A stretch of 64,000 nt of DNA, taken from NCBI GenBank assembly GCA_043511425.1, contig CP121331.1, positions 1,450,992 to 1,514,991 of the forward strand, written 5' to 3'. This DNA comes from Sphingobacteriales bacterium. Its GTDB lineage: Bacteria > Bacteroidota > Bacteroidia > NS11-12g > UBA9320. Below, piece after piece: positions 1 to 11,349 of the stretch (its first letter is position 1; each line of letters opens with the position of its first letter). Both the position numbers and the translations under genes were made by a program. The notes under the pieces were generated by a model. It was not told the DNA's origin and made no database searches. It saw only the letters and a list, made by a program, of their open reading frames with translations.

Positions 1-2588
1 GGAGGAGGCAATAGCGGCACTGAATCTACAATGATACTAATCAGGCTATTATTATCTTCAGAAGAAGGACATCCTTGATCCACTGCATAAGCATTTATCA
101 AAAAAGTATCTCCAGCGTGCTCACAACCAAACTGAAATAAAAAGTCATTGGTAATTTCTCCGAGTCCCCTTAGCTTACTTTCACCTGTGCGCACAGCACT
201 AGACAGTTCTGGGCCCCATGTGTATGTTGCTCGCAGAGAATCTGAAGCATCATCTTGAATCACGTACGAGAACTGCAATTCGTCCAACACGGACACGTTA
301 AATACTTCATCTTCCATTCTAGGTTTGAAGTTTTGATTTGCTACTCTTATTTTAAACGATGCGTTACTGCATCTCGGACTTGGGTTAGTCTCGCTATATG
401 CTCCATCTGATGTTGGAAAATCGCTGATTTGCCCACGACCATTCTGACTGGGACAGCTACTACAAACACTCTGATACATAATGCCTCTTTTATCAAACCT
501 ACTCGTTCCTCCATCCACATGGTCATCCGTAAGTGTGCCACCGAAATAACTTCCGAAGACTAAACTTTCTAGATTTTTTTCAAGCACCAAAATATGAAAA
601 TCTTGTCCATTCGTGGTTTTCTGAAAAGCATCAGCTGTAATAGGCATAGCATCCAGACGATATCCATCGGCTCCAAAATTAGTTCCCCACCCACTGACAT
701 AGACTTTACCGCACTCGTCTACTAAAAAAGCATTAATAGTAAGATCTGTGGTCGGTCTCCCACTGCCATAGACTGTACTTACCTCTAGCTCACTTAAATC
801 CGATGATAATTTGGCTATAAACTGCTTACCATTTGTGTTGCTATATACTTCTCCTTTCGTTGGTATCACCCCCCTCGTGTGCCCCACTATATATACGTTT
901 CCTGAAACATCTAAATCCGACATTAAAATCTGATCGTATAAATCCGAGCCAAAGTATGAGGTAACGTCTAAGGTTTTTCCGTCATTGGAGATTTTACTAA
1001 CAAACCCATCAGCTGTACCTCCTAGGTAATCAGACCTAAAGGCAGACTGTGTTTTTGCTAAATCTTTACTTGATGTACCTCCAGACACGTAAAAGCTGCC
1101 ATCTGTTGCTTGATCTATACTGTACAAGGCGTCCATATCATTGCCCCCTAAAAAAGTACTCCATCTTAGCGTTGTAAGATTCGCACTCAAGCTGAAGACC
1201 ACACCCTCTTGTCCCCCAATCAATATTGGCTGCAGAGCTCCTGAAGTAGTCGGAAAATCCGGAGAGTACGTGCTACTAGCCACTACTATATTACCAAATG
1301 CGTCTAAATTTATTTCACCTCTGTATTCATCTGCATAGTACTCCGTCATTGTAGGACTACTATTTAATCCGTCTGCACTATTCCCTCCTATATAAGTGGA
1401 ACCCACAAGTTCGCTTCCATCTTGATTAAACCGAGTAATTACCATATCTACTCCGCCACTTTTTAGCTCAGAAACTGCCCCTGCAGTGATTGGATAATTG
1501 TCGGACTGGCTTGTGCCAAACAGTATAAGCTCATTCCCTTCTCCGACGATTAAACTATGCGGATACTCGTCATGGGAGCCTCCCAAATACGTGGCATAAA
1601 CAAGTGTACTCCCATCAGCACTGTACTTGCTCAAACTGATATCCCAAGGAGATTTTCGATTAGAAACACCTCCACTATATCCTCCATTAAATGTTAGATC
1701 AAAAGACCCAACAGTGGCAGGATACCTTCCGTTTACTACCGAGGTGGGGCTTGTAGCAATACCTCCCGCGTACATATTACCTTCATCGTCAAAAGTAGCC
1801 GTAAACCCAAAATTATCCACGGTACTTCCCGAGTAAGTGCTAAAAATTAGTTCAGGGTCAATGACTACTTGCACTTTGTTTCTGAACATCTTGGTAGTGA
1901 AACCGACCAATCCATTTTCTAGCGTATAATTCATTGTAATGGGCGTGCGTGCATCTCCCCTTACCTCATAACTTATCGGAATAATTTCAGAAAAATCTCC
2001 GAACTGAGTAGACACAATAAGCCTATCCTTAGTAACCCTAAAGCTGTCTGCTCCTTCTATGTTTATTTTTATATCCTTGATATCTGCACCAGGCCTAAGA
2101 ATGAAGTTATACTTAAATCGCCGATCAATCGCTTCAAATTCCAGATCTATTTTTGGGTATACATCCGTATACAATACTTTGGTGTACTTGGCTACATTGG
2201 ATGCCCACTTAGAGCTATCTGCACCGAGGAAATAATTATAATACTCGGGAACTTTTACGACCCCGGAAGATCTCGATAAATCTCCACCTTCTAGAGTATA
2301 AAATACATGCTGAAAACCAATCGTATCTTTTATAGATTCCTCAAGGTCAGAATGAGCACGGGTGCGGTGATTATGCAGTCGATTAATCATTTTAGACCAC
2401 TTCTGCTCATCGTGAAGCAATACCGAAAACCCTTTTTCTGTAAGATAAATTTTGTGCGTCTGATATTCCGCCTCGTAAGCTACTCTATCATCAAACTGCC
2501 CCTTATTTTCTATAAAACCTATTTGCCCAAAAAGCACACAGGTATGAGCTATAAAAATTAAAAATGATATATATCTAAGGCACCTCAA
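1..2588 (-). CDS. Large secreted SBBP (beta-propeller) repeat surface protein; N-terminal part only, continues past the window edge
   Basis: Absent from the ORF track because it runs off the window edge. My hand translation of the minus strand from TTG (2588-2586, preceded by an in-frame TAG at 2600-2598) stays open to position 1. The N-terminus MRCLRYISFLIFIAHTCVLFGQ looks like a signal peptide. The body has repeated units such as YLGGSHDEY..GN.LILFGTSQSDNYP, YIGGNSADG, FLGGNDMD..DGSFYVSGGTSS and YFGGTLTDD, typical of SBBP repeats in Bacteroidota adhesins. Confidence 0.7.
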   Translation of the reverse strand, partial: MRCLRYISFLIFIAHTCVLFGQIGFIENKGQFDDRVAYEAEYQTHKIYLTEKGFSVLLHDEQKWSKMINRLHNHRTRAHSDLEESIKDTIGFQHVFYTLEGGDLSRSSGVVKVPEYYNYFLGADSSKWASNVAKYTKVLYTDVYPKIDLEFEAIDRRFKYNFILRPGADIKDIKINIEGADSFRVTKDRLIVSTQFGDFSEIIPISYEVRGDARTPITMNYTLENGLVGFTTKMFRNKVQVVIDPELIFSTYSGSTVDNFGFTATFDDEGNMYAGGIATSPTSVVNGRYPATVGSFDLTFNGGYSGGVSNRKSPWDISLSKYSADGSTLVYATYLGGSHDEYPHSLIVGEGNELILFGTSQSDNYPITAGAVSELKSGGVDMVITRFNQDGSELVGSTYIGGNSADGLNSSPTMTEYYADEYRGEINLDAFGNIVVASSTYSPDFPTTSGALQPILIGGQEGVVFSLSANLTTLRWSTFLGGNDMDALYSIDQATDGSFYVSGGTSSKDLAKTQSAFRSDYLGGTADGFVSKISNDGKTLDVTSYFGSDLYDQILMSDLDVSGNVYIVGHTRGVIPTKGEVYSNTNGKQFIAKLSSDLSELEVSTVYGSGRPTTDLTINAFLVDECGKVYVSGWGTNFGADGYRLDAMPITADAFQKTTNGQDFHILVLEKNLESLVFGSYFGGTLTDDHVDGGTSRFDKRGIMYQSVCSSCPSQNGRGQISDFPTSDGAYSETNPSPRCSNASFKIRVANQNFKPRMEDEVFNVSVLDELQFSYVIQDDASDSLRATYTWGPELSSAVRTGESKLRGLGEITNDFLFQFGCEHAGDTFLINAYAVDQGCPSSEDNNSLISIIVDSVPLLPP

Positions 2589-2692
2589 GCAAATTGTCTA
2601 CTTCGTAGACGTGCAAGATAACGAAAAGGTTGCAAAAAACTGATTATCGACTCATTGGGTCATAAGCAAAACTGTGAACTGAGTAGTTATAT

Positions 2693-4942
2693 TTACTCCC
2701 ATTTGACAATGTGACCGTTAATATCAAATGTACTCTCTTCTGCTAAAGCTGCTTTATCGTATTTTGGTCTAAAAACCAATGTAGGTGCTCCATACCCCCT
2801 TATGAAAGGCTCAACCTGAACTTCCAAGGCTTTACCATCTTGCTTCACTTCCACCTTAGCATCAGTTAGGTCTCGGTATATAGAGAATGTCCAATTGGTC
2901 AGCAACATTAGCTGAGGAACATGACCTACTGGTGGCCAAGCGACAGGAACGTCCATATACTCCGCTGTATCAGCGCTTCCACTATCATCAAGCGCCCAGA
3001 TTACGGCATAATCATTTGTACTACCGTGCCCATAAACCTTACCATTTGGATAGAGTAACCACCTTCTATTTCCGGCAGTAGGACTTTTATCATCCATAAT
3101 ATAGGTTACTGCTAATGAAGTATTTGCATCTTTTATAAGAAGTGAATGTTTCGCAGCATACGCTCCTTCATTGCTCCAGCATCTCCAAGTACGTGGAGGG
3201 TCATGTTCTAACTTATTATTTGCCGTCATCATTAACGCTGCTTTCTGGCAATACTCATTGGTTGCCTCATCAAATAGCACTTCTGGTACGCCTGCATTTC
3301 TTCTGAAGTAATTGATCCGGTCGGCTACTTTAGTCTGTATATCAAAATCTACAGTACCAGGATCACATCCACCCGATTTTCCATCCCAGGTGTAGGGCGT
3401 AATTTCTTCTCCATTTATATCTTTTCCTTGTGTTCTCGTATTGAAATAGTTTTGATAAAAATCCTCTTTTGCTAGCAACATTAACTGCTCAGAATGATCA
3501 ACATTAGGCGCTAAGACCATTTTTTCTGCCATTATATCATTAGCTGTACTAAATCTATTAGCAGCAATTAGCAACCCTATGTACTTTTCATTGATAGCTA
3601 TAATGCGTTCTAAATTTTCTGCTTTATCATCTGCCTTATACTCATCTTTCATTAATGAATAAAGACTTGCTTGCTCTTCCACAGTCGTACGTATAACTTC
3701 TTTCTCTGCTATGACCTGTGATCGTTTAGCGCTAAGTTCGGTGTTTGACGGATACTTCAGTATTGCCTGTTGGAGTACGAAACTAGCATAAGGAAAACCT
3801 TTGGTATCAAAGGCATACTGTGTAATTACATTCCATCGATCAGCTATATCGCTAGGCGAATTACTTTTAGCTGTTTTTGCGATGTACTTATCTAAGACAT
3901 ATTTAGCACTTTCTAGGTGTGTATAGGTTTGAAAATACTCAGCTAACTTCCATAATACATTCTCTGGCTTCTTCTCTACAAATACATCTACTTGAGCTAT
4001 TTTCCTAACCTCCTTGAGTGAACTCTTGGCTACTTTTTCTCTTACAAAAGTGTTCAATAAAGTATCTATTTCCGCTGTATCTCCGAGTTTCACCTTGTTC
4101 TTTATTAGGTAAATATAGAGGGAGTTTTCTTTATGCAGAAGATCATCGTCATCCGGATTGTATTGAAGAGCTTCTTGGATATAGTTTAACATTAAGTTAC
4201 TTGGAGGAATGAATTTCAACTGAGCCATTACTACGGTCTTATGAAAGAAATTCAATCTTGAGTCGTTTCCAAAAATCTCTCGAGCAGTGGATATCATATA
4301 TTTTGCACTATCGAATTTTTCAGCTTGTGAGAATTTATCCGCAAAGTGCAGGTACGGGTCTATTTCTTGCTCCGCCACTGTGTCACTAGCTTCTTGGTCC
4401 GCCGCGTACCATTCCATTAATTGACGGTACTTCGGCTCTCCTAAAGCACTATCTCCAGACTCAATAGCACTCTTAGCTGACATGAAGTAAGGATATCTTC
4501 TGCTGCTATCAAGCGCATAAGCTTTATCAAATAACATGACGGCTTTCGCCTTTTTATTAATTCCATATTCATCTTCAGCAAGCTTATTCTGCCCTTTAAT
4601 CACCGCATCTAGCACATCTGCAAATTCAGATTCCAGTACGCGTCTATTATCATCCTTACGAAGCCCTTTAGACATATATTTCTCAGCAAGCTTGATACCA
4701 TCGGGGTATTTCTCCTCAGTCAGCGGATCCGTACCTAAGTTTATGTATGCTTCAGCCAAGTAATAGTAAGTGACTGGATCCCTTTTCAACTGCTTATCCT
4801 CAAGCGCCTTTAAACATACTTTCTCAAGTCGCTTATAGTTTTCTGTTTCCGAGGCCTCTTCCATTTTCTCTGTTTGTGCCAAGGCGGGCAAACTAGTAAT
4901 GAGAAAAAATACAATCGAGGTAATCTTAAGTGCTAATTTCAT
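2693..4942 (-). CDS. Secreted protein with a long helical/TPR-like N-terminal region and a C-terminal CAP (SCP/PR-1-like) domain
   Basis: 749-aa ORF. Signal peptide MKLALKITSIVFFLITSLPALAQ. The C-terminal segment INYFRRNAGVPEVLFDEATNEYCQKAALMMTANNKLEHDPP..W.CWSNEGAYAAKHS resembles CAP/SCP domains. Confidence 0.55.
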   Translation of the reverse strand: MKLALKITSIVFFLITSLPALAQTEKMEEASETENYKRLEKVCLKALEDKQLKRDPVTYYYLAEAYINLGTDPLTEEKYPDGIKLAEKYMSKGLRKDDNRRVLESEFADVLDAVIKGQNKLAEDEYGINKKAKAVMLFDKAYALDSSRRYPYFMSAKSAIESGDSALGEPKYRQLMEWYAADQEASDTVAEQEIDPYLHFADKFSQAEKFDSAKYMISTAREIFGNDSRLNFFHKTVVMAQLKFIPPSNLMLNYIQEALQYNPDDDDLLHKENSLYIYLIKNKVKLGDTAEIDTLLNTFVREKVAKSSLKEVRKIAQVDVFVEKKPENVLWKLAEYFQTYTHLESAKYVLDKYIAKTAKSNSPSDIADRWNVITQYAFDTKGFPYASFVLQQAILKYPSNTELSAKRSQVIAEKEVIRTTVEEQASLYSLMKDEYKADDKAENLERIIAINEKYIGLLIAANRFSTANDIMAEKMVLAPNVDHSEQLMLLAKEDFYQNYFNTRTQGKDINGEEITPYTWDGKSGGCDPGTVDFDIQTKVADRINYFRRNAGVPEVLFDEATNEYCQKAALMMTANNKLEHDPPRTWRCWSNEGAYAAKHSLLIKDANTSLAVTYIMDDKSPTAGNRRWLLYPNGKVYGHGSTNDYAVIWALDDSGSADTAEYMDVPVAWPPVGHVPQLMLLTNWTFSIYRDLTDAKVEVKQDGKALEVQVEPFIRGYGAPTLVFRPKYDKAALAEESTFDINGHIVKWE

Positions 4943-4958
4943 TATGGTACAATAATAT

Positions 4959-5243
4959 TTACTTTAACTTCAAACTCCAAGCCATAGCGTCTTCCGCAAA
5001 TAACTTCTTCGTGGCTGGCCATACTCTTCCGAAGAGCTCTGACCGTTTATATGCTTCTAAACTACTAACATTCAACCAAGTACTATGCGTAAAAAATGTA
5101 TTTTCATCCATATCATCCTGGTATAACTTTACATTTAAAATCCCTGGCATGGCAGCTATTTCGTCTTTTATAGTATCAAAAAAGACTATAAAATTTGCCG
5201 CCTCCTCAGGTTTAAACTTCATTTTAACTAAGCGTAGTATCAT
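4959..5243 (-). CDS. ABM (antibiotic biosynthesis monooxygenase-like) domain protein
   Basis: 94 aa with a ferredoxin-like ABM pattern (LVKMKFKPEEA..F...F......I...PG......LYQD..D.N.FFTHSTW.....LEAY..S). Overlaps the upstream gene by 4 nt (ATGA), which suggests coupling. Confidence 0.55.
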   Translation of the reverse strand: MILRLVKMKFKPEEAANFIVFFDTIKDEIAAMPGILNVKLYQDDMDENTFFTHSTWLNVSSLEAYKRSELFGRVWPATKKLFAEDAMAWSLKLK

Positions 5244-6004
5244 TTTATTTGAATCACTAATGGTTTATACTTCCGAAGGTTTAGTAAAGCAAGGGCGCTA
5301 CTCTTCTTAATAGCTACTACTAAATATCCGTGATCTGAGAAATAACACAAAGGGTCTCCTTCTTGTACATCCGCAAAATTGTTAGAAACCTTGCTCAGCT
5401 TACTGTGTAAACTTAGGTTTATGATATAGCTTTTATCACTTACGAAAGCATCAAATTCTTGCCGCGTGATATTCGTATAGGCATTGCCAAAATGATCAAC
5501 AAAAATCACGGTCCCTCTGAGTTCCACTCCATCATTAACGGGATGTAATCTCGTTTTCCTATTTACGTTCGCTGCTTTATCTGCAATCAAAGACAAATCT
5601 CCCGCAGTGAGCAGTTTTTTAATAAAGGGGAGGTATACATTCTGTATCTTCTGCTCATAGCTGTCTGTAGGTATCAGGTAATAATCATCAAAGTCTTCGT
5701 CAAAGATAAGACTCAGAATACCATTATCTGGAGCTAAAAAGTAATGCCCATTATACTCAGCTGCGAGATGCCCTTCGAAAGAGGTTGCTACCACATTAGT
5801 AGCCAAGATATGCACAGTCCCAGGAGCGAAATCATTATATACCATGCTACTTAGGTAAGCCGCCTCCACTATATCAAAAGGTTCTATTCTACTCGTGATT
5901 TCTATAAATGGCAAAGGTAAATCAGCCTGATGCATAGCTCCCCTAAAGGAGGCCATATAATGGGAATCTGCCCCAAAATCACTTAAAAAAGTTAGTACAG
6001 ACAA
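5240..6004 (-). CDS. SAM hydrolase / SAM-dependent halogenase family protein (DUF62, SAM hydroxide adenosyltransferase-like)
   Basis: 254 aa. The N-terminus LTFLSDFGADSHYMASFRGAM and the later VIFVDHFGNAYTNI match the family pattern (TDFG..D.YVG; D.FGN..TN). Confidence 0.65.
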   Translation of the reverse strand: MSVLTFLSDFGADSHYMASFRGAMHQADLPLPFIEITSRIEPFDIVEAAYLSSMVYNDFAPGTVHILATNVVATSFEGHLAAEYNGHYFLAPDNGILSLIFDEDFDDYYLIPTDSYEQKIQNVYLPFIKKLLTAGDLSLIADKAANVNRKTRLHPVNDGVELRGTVIFVDHFGNAYTNITRQEFDAFVSDKSYIINLSLHSKLSKVSNNFADVQEGDPLCYFSDHGYLVVAIKKSSALALLNLRKYKPLVIQIK

Positions 6005-6070
6005 TATTAAATAATTAGCTAATTTAGCCGACGAAAATAACGACTCATACCTACAATTGCTTAAAATACA

Positions 6071-7036
6071 TTGGCAGAAAAAAAATATTTAATAGAAGAC
6101 ATCGAACCCTCCCGATTTTTTGGACCTTATAATAGTCATTTCAAAGTCTATAAAGAGAAATACCCCGAACTCATATTGTCTTCGAGAGGAAACGAAATTC
6201 AAATCAAAGGAGAGGATCCAGAAATAGCTCTTTTTATAGAAGCAATAGATTCCATCGTAAAATACCTCAAGATAAATAAGTCAGTAACCTTAGGAGACAT
6301 AGAACGGATAGTGCAAGGAGAAGAGAATAAAACAGACGGAGACACCAAGGCAGAAAAAGGCATTATTATCCACGGACATAGTGGACGAATAATTACTGCT
6401 AGAACCAAAAATCAACAGGAACTCGTAGACAAGGTCAATAAAAACGATTTGGTGTTTGCGATAGGTCCAGCAGGCACAGGCAAGACATACACGGCTGTGG
6501 CATTAGCGGTAAGAGCCTTAAAAAATAAAGAAGTAAAGAAGATAATACTCTGTAGACCCGCGGTAGAAGCTGGCGAAAGCCTCGGATTCCTACCTGGAGA
6601 CATGAAAGACAAGGTAGACCCTTATTTACGCCCACTTTATGATGCTCTTGGAGATATGATACCCACTGAGAAATACAAGGCATATATAGAAAAGGGAATT
6701 ATAGAAGTAGCACCTTTAGCATTTATGAGAGGTAGAACCCTTGACAATTGCTTTGCCATTTTAGATGAGGGACAAAACACAACACCAACGCAGCTTAAAA
6801 TGTTTTTGACTCGAATGGGGCCCATATCTAAAATTGTAATCACTGGAGATTTGAGTCAAGTCGATCTTCCTGCCCGAGTAAAAAGCGGTCTGTCTCCCGC
6901 CCTAAACATGCTCAAAGATGTGAAAGGAATAGGAATAGTGCGACTCAATGAAAACGATGTTGTTAGACATCGCTTAGTGAAAGACATCATAAAAGCATAT
7001 AACAAATACGACAGTCGTGATGAAAGTTCAACCTAA
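6071..7036 (+). CDS. phoH: PhoH family ATPase
   Basis: 321 aa with a TTG start. Walker A is AIGPAGTGKTYTAVALAV, Walker B region is FAILDEGQNTT, and ITGDLSQVDLP is PhoH-specific. Confidence 0.9.
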   Translation: MAEKKYLIEDIEPSRFFGPYNSHFKVYKEKYPELILSSRGNEIQIKGEDPEIALFIEAIDSIVKYLKINKSVTLGDIERIVQGEENKTDGDTKAEKGIIIHGHSGRIITARTKNQQELVDKVNKNDLVFAIGPAGTGKTYTAVALAVRALKNKEVKKIILCRPAVEAGESLGFLPGDMKDKVDPYLRPLYDALGDMIPTEKYKAYIEKGIIEVAPLAFMRGRTLDNCFAILDEGQNTTPTQLKMFLTRMGPISKIVITGDLSQVDLPARVKSGLSPALNMLKDVKGIGIVRLNENDVVRHRLVKDIIKAYNKYDSRDESST

Positions 7037-7234
7037 ATGGATAATGTTTTTTCTGTATGCATAAAAAATAGTGAGTTACGCAAACAGAAACACTGTAGAA
7101 TTAAAATAAACGAATTTGTTCGCCGTTAAAATATTGATAATCAGGATATTAACACTCCATTTTTAGGTCTATTTGAAAAGCATCTAAATTGAAAAATTGT
7201 TCATATCTCAAAGGTGCCGATTTTGCAGGCTCAT

Positions 7235-7242
7235 TATATTTG
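7235..7242 (+). promoter_or_regulatory. Candidate Bacteroidota -7 promoter box (TAnnTTTG) for the act operon
   Basis: The sequence tatatttg lies 30 nt upstream of the ATG at 7272. It sits inside the 5' extension of the track ORF (7197), which argues that 7272 is the real start. Confidence 0.4.
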
Positions 7243-7271
7243 CACCGCGTGATTTTAACGCAAGTAACTGT

Positions 7272-8201
7272 ATGTATAAACCAAAAACACAAATCGTACT
7301 AACGATACTTTTTACATTCATAAGCACTTTATCATATTCAAGCAATAGTATGTCATCATTTTATTCGGAATCTACATTCCTAGCACTTATTATACTCTCA
7401 GTAGTATTAGCAGCCATTGCTGCATTACTTTACGGTATTAAAAGACACCTCTCTGCCCTTAACAAGGAAAAGTTTGAAGAAGAGGCCGAGCCATCTTTTT
7501 ACGAGAGCAAGATACAACCAGTGATTGCGAAGTGGAATCCAACCATCGCTACTTTAGTTATAGCAGGTGGCCTATTGGTTGTCTTAGGTGGGTTTGGATA
7601 TAAGTTCGGTATGGACGAAGTAGGTGTGCAACAAGGATACTCTCCTAGCCAACCTATCAATTTCTCGCACAAAATTCACGCGGGTCAGTATGAAATGGAT
7701 TGCAAGTACTGCCACAGCACAGTAGAGAAATCTAAATCTGCAAGTATTCCATCATTGAACACGTGTATGAATTGCCATAAGTATGTGAAAGCTTCAGAAA
7801 AGTACAACGGGAATACTTCTCCTGAAATTCAAAAAATTTACAACGCCATAGGTTTTGATGGTGAAAATATGGAGTATATAGAAGGTTACGAGCAGAAACC
7901 TATAGAATGGATTCGTATCCATAACCTTCCTGACTTAGCTTACTTTAACCACTCTCAACACGTAGTAGTAGGTAAAGTAGAGTGTCAAACTTGCCACGGC
8001 CCTATCCAGGAAATGGAAAAAGTATACCAATTTTCTACCTTACAAATGGGATGGTGTATAGATTGTCACAGAGAAAGAGGCATCGACTCCGAAAACAACG
8101 ACTACTATGAGGAGGCACATAAAAATATGCTAGCAGAAGGTAAAGACTATATCACCGTAGCAGAAAACGGAGGTCTAGAGTGTAGCAAGTGTCATTATTA
8201 A
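7272..8201 (+). CDS. actA: Alternative complex III subunit ActA, pentaheme cytochrome c
   Basis: Five CXXCH motifs (CKYCH, CMNCH, CQTCH, CIDCH, CSKCH) and an N-terminal TM helix. It is the first gene of an actABCDEF-ordered cluster. The track ORF starts at 7197; I prefer the Met at 7272 (MYKPKTQ). Confidence 0.85.
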   Translation: MYKPKTQIVLTILFTFISTLSYSSNSMSSFYSESTFLALIILSVVLAAIAALLYGIKRHLSALNKEKFEEEAEPSFYESKIQPVIAKWNPTIATLVIAGGLLVVLGGFGYKFGMDEVGVQQGYSPSQPINFSHKIHAGQYEMDCKYCHSTVEKSKSASIPSLNTCMNCHKYVKASEKYNGNTSPEIQKIYNAIGFDGENMEYIEGYEQKPIEWIRIHNLPDLAYFNHSQHVVVGKVECQTCHGPIQEMEKVYQFSTLQMGWCIDCHRERGIDSENNDYYEEAHKNMLAEGKDYITVAENGGLECSKCHY

Positions 8202-8230
8202 TTAATACTAACTAAAGAGAAAATCACATT

Positions 8231-11200
8231 ATGTCTTCAAATAAATATTGGAAAGGTACAGAAGAACTAGAGCAGACACAAGAGTTTGTTACTTCTAATG
8301 CCAATGAATTTTCAGAAGGTCTTCCATTAGATAAAGTTTTTTCAAACGATGACTCCACTAGAGCTAACAGAAGAGACTTTTTAAAATATTTCGGTTTTGG
8401 ATTAGGTGCAGTTACACTAGCAGCATGTAATAAAGCTCCTATAAAGAAAGCCATCCCTTACGCCGAAAAGCCAGACAACGTAACTCCAGGTGTACCTTTG
8501 TACTACGCAAGTAGTTCTGTAAGTAATACTGAAGGTTTTCCTGTATTGGTAAAAGTACGTGAAGGTAGACCAATCAAATTTGAACCCAATAAGGAAGCTA
8601 CCTATTTTGGTGGTGGTCTGGATGGCTTAGGTCACTCAGCACTATTATCATTATATGATACCAACAGGTTAAAAGGTGCTATGGTTGCGGGTAAAAGAAA
8701 GCCTCAAAACTGGGCTGAATTTGACAAAGAAGTAATAGCAGCGCTTAATAAAGTTCAAGCAAGCGGTAAATCAGTAGCTATAGTTACAAACGGCAGCAGC
8801 AGCTTACTTACCAAGCAAGCAATAGCCGATTTCTCTGCTAAATATACCAACACAGAGGTTGTGTCCTATGAACCGATATCTTACTCCGGTATCACTAGAG
8901 CAAATCAAACTTCATTTGGAAACGCGATCATACCTGCTTATAATTTTGATAAAGCAGAAGTAATCGTGAGTTTCGGTGCGGATTTCTTAGGTACTTGGAT
9001 AAGCCCTATTAAGTTTCACTCAGACTATAGCAAAAACAGAGTACCTAAGAATGGTAAAATGTCTAAGCATTATCAGTTTGAGTCATTAATGTCTCTTACA
9101 GGCAGTAACGCGGATGTTCGTGTACCGATGAAAATGAGTAATGTAGGTCAACACCTAATCGCATTATATAGAGAATTAGGTGGAGCCACTCCTCATAAAG
9201 GAATGGAAGTCGCTGGGAACAACATTAAGAATGCAGCAGCAGAATTAAAAGCAGCTGGAAGCAAAGGACTTGTAGTCTGTGGAAGTAATGACGAAGCAGA
9301 TCAGTTACTAGTTAACGCTATTAATATGATGCTCGGTGGATATGGTACTACTATAGACACTACTAATTACTATATGGGTCAGAGTGCAGATGAAAAATCA
9401 TTCGCATCTTTCCTAACAAAAGCGAAAAACGGTGCTTACGGTGCTGTTATCACTTTAGGTACTAATCCAGTATACAGCCATTCGGGAGCAGAAGATGCTA
9501 TCGCTAAAATACCTGTACGAATCAGTACAAGCATCACCATGGATGAAACTTCAAGTAATGCGACTCATATCGCTACTGATCTTCATCCACTAGAAAGCTG
9601 GGATATCAAGCAACCATACAAAGGAAGATTCATATTCTCTCAGCCTACTATCTCTCCTGTATTTGAAGGCAGACAAGCTGCTAGCTCATTAGCTGCGTGG
9701 TCTGGAGCAGATGTATCCGAAAAGAACGAACTTTCTCACGCTTACAACTATGCGAAACAAGTTTTTGCAAGTGAAGTAGGTGGTGATTTCAATAAAGCAA
9801 TAGAGATGGGTATCGTAGAGAATACTTCATCTGCAAGTGTACCTTCATTCAATATTACTGGTGGTGCAGCAGCTGATGCTCTTTCTTCCCGAAAAGGAGC
9901 AGCTACAGAGCTTATTCTTTATCAAAAAGTAGGTGTACGTGATGGTGCTTATGGAAATACTCCATGGGCTCACGAAATGCCAGATCCGGTATCTAAGGTC
10001 ACTTGGGACAATTACCTAAGTATTTCTATGCCAGATGCAAAGCTTCAAGATCTTAAAACTGGAGACGTTGTTAAAGTAACTGTTCCTACTGGAAGTATCC
10101 AAATCCCAGTACTCGTGCAGCCAGGTCAAACCAAATCTACTTACGGTATAGCGTTAGGATATGGAAGAGTACTTCCAGATGATGTAAAGAATGATTTAAA
10201 AGACCTCGGTCAGAATGCATATCCACTCGTAGGTATGAAAGGCGGATTCGCTGATTATACTATCGGAGATGTAAAAATAGAAAAAGTAACTGGAGCTCCT
10301 TTGTATGAGTTTGGTATTACACAGACGCATTACTCTATAGAAGGAAGAGATATCATTCGTGAAGCTTCTCTAGAAGAATATAACGATGATAATAAAGCTG
10401 GAAGCTATGTACACAAACCAAAAGCAATCTCTTTATGGGATGATTATGACTACAGTAAGGGTCATCACTGGGCTATGGCTATCGATCTTAACTCTTGTAC
10501 TGGATGTAGTGCGTGTATCGTATCCTGTAGTATAGAAAACAACGTACCTATAGTAGGTAGAGAAGAAGTAAGACGTAGACGTGAAATGCACTGGTTACGT
10601 ATAGACAGATATTACTCTTTTGAAGCACCAGCGAAGAAAGATCTAAGTCTAAGTATAGTACACGGTGGAGATCAGACTGTAGAAGCAGGTGAGCAGATGA
10701 CCAAAGAAAAGGTAATGGAGGCTTACTCTGATTCGTCTGAAGATAAAGACACTGCGTACGATTACTACCAGAATGTAAGAGTTGCGCATCAGCCAATGAT
10801 GTGTCAGCACTGTGACAACGCTCCTTGTGAGACTGTATGTCCAGTACTAGCTACTACACACAGTAGTGAAGGTCTTAACCAAATGACCTATAACAGATGT
10901 ATCGGTACTAAGTATTGTGGTAATAACTGCCCGTATAAAGTACGTAGATTCAACTGGTTTAGATACAACGAAAACGAGAAATTTGATTACCACTTCAGCA
11001 ATGACTTAGGTAAAATGGTCATCAACCCAGATGTAACTGTACGTTCTAGAGGTGTGATGGAGAAATGTAGCTTCTGTGTACAACGTATTCAGACTACTAA
11101 GCTAGCAGCTAAGCGTGAAAACCGTAAAATGAATACGGATGAGTTTACTACTGCATGTGCTCAAACTTGCCCGTCAAACGCTATCGTATTCGGAGACTTA

Positions 11201-11344
11201 AACGATAAAAACAGTGAAATCGCTAAGCTATATGCCAATGACAGATCTTATCACGTACTAGAAGAGCTAGGTGTGAAACCTTCTGTACAGTATATGACTA
11301 AGATTAGAAATAAGAAAGCAACTACTAACCAAAAAGCTCACTAA
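8231..11344 (+). CDS. actB: Alternative complex III subunit ActB (molybdopterin-like domain fused to a 4Fe-4S ferredoxin domain)
   Basis: 1037 aa. Twin-arginine signal [14 protein letters not shown]. Cys clusters [44 protein letters not shown] and CSFCVQR. Confidence 0.9.
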   Translation: MSSNKYWKGTEELEQTQEFVTSNANEFSEGLPLDKVFSNDDSTRANRRDFLKYFGFGLGAVTLAACNKAPIKKAIPYAEKPDNVTPGVPLYYASSSVSNTEGFPVLVKVREGRPIKFEPNKEATYFGGGLDGLGHSALLSLYDTNRLKGAMVAGKRKPQNWAEFDKEVIAALNKVQASGKSVAIVTNGSSSLLTKQAIADFSAKYTNTEVVSYEPISYSGITRANQTSFGNAIIPAYNFDKAEVIVSFGADFLGTWISPIKFHSDYSKNRVPKNGKMSKHYQFESLMSLTGSNADVRVPMKMSNVGQHLIALYRELGGATPHKGMEVAGNNIKNAAAELKAAGSKGLVVCGSNDEADQLLVNAINMMLGGYGTTIDTTNYYMGQSADEKSFASFLTKAKNGAYGAVITLGTNPVYSHSGAEDAIAKIPVRISTSITMDETSSNATHIATDLHPLESWDIKQPYKGRFIFSQPTISPVFEGRQAASSLAAWSGADVSEKNELSHAYNYAKQVFASEVGGDFNKAIEMGIVENTSSASVPSFNITGGAAADALSSRKGAATELILYQKVGVRDGAYGNTPWAHEMPDPVSKVTWDNYLSISMPDAKLQDLKTGDVVKVTVPTGSIQIPVLVQPGQTKSTYGIALGYGRVLPDDVKNDLKDLGQNAYPLVGMKGGFADYTIGDVKIEKVTGAPLYEFGITQTHYSIEGRDIIREASLEEYNDDNKAGSYVHKPKAISLWDDYDYSKGHHWAMAIDLNSCTGCSACIVSCSIENNVPIVGREEVRRRREMHWLRIDRYYSFEAPAKKDLSLSIVHGGDQTVEAGEQMTKEKVMEAYSDSSEDKDTAYDYYQNVRVAHQPMMCQHCDNAPCETVCPVLATTHSSEGLNQMTYNRCIGTKYCGNNCPYKVRRFNWFRYNENEKFDYHFSNDLGKMVINPDVTVRSRGVMEKCSFCVQRIQTTKLAAKRENRKMNTDEFTTACAQTCPSNAIVFGDLNDKNSEIAKLYANDRSYHVLEELGVKPSVQYMTKIRNKKATTNQKAH

Positions 11345-11349
11345 CTAAT

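Noticed and set aside
7197-7271. 5' extensions of track ORFs: actA from 7197, groES from 28728, lptE-like from 30989, dnaE from 46444, SGBP from 57689, and the hypothetical protein from 36356.
   Set aside because: In each case an internal start gives a canonical N-terminus (signal peptide, lipobox or conserved first residues). It also removes an overlap with a promoter box or the upstream gene.
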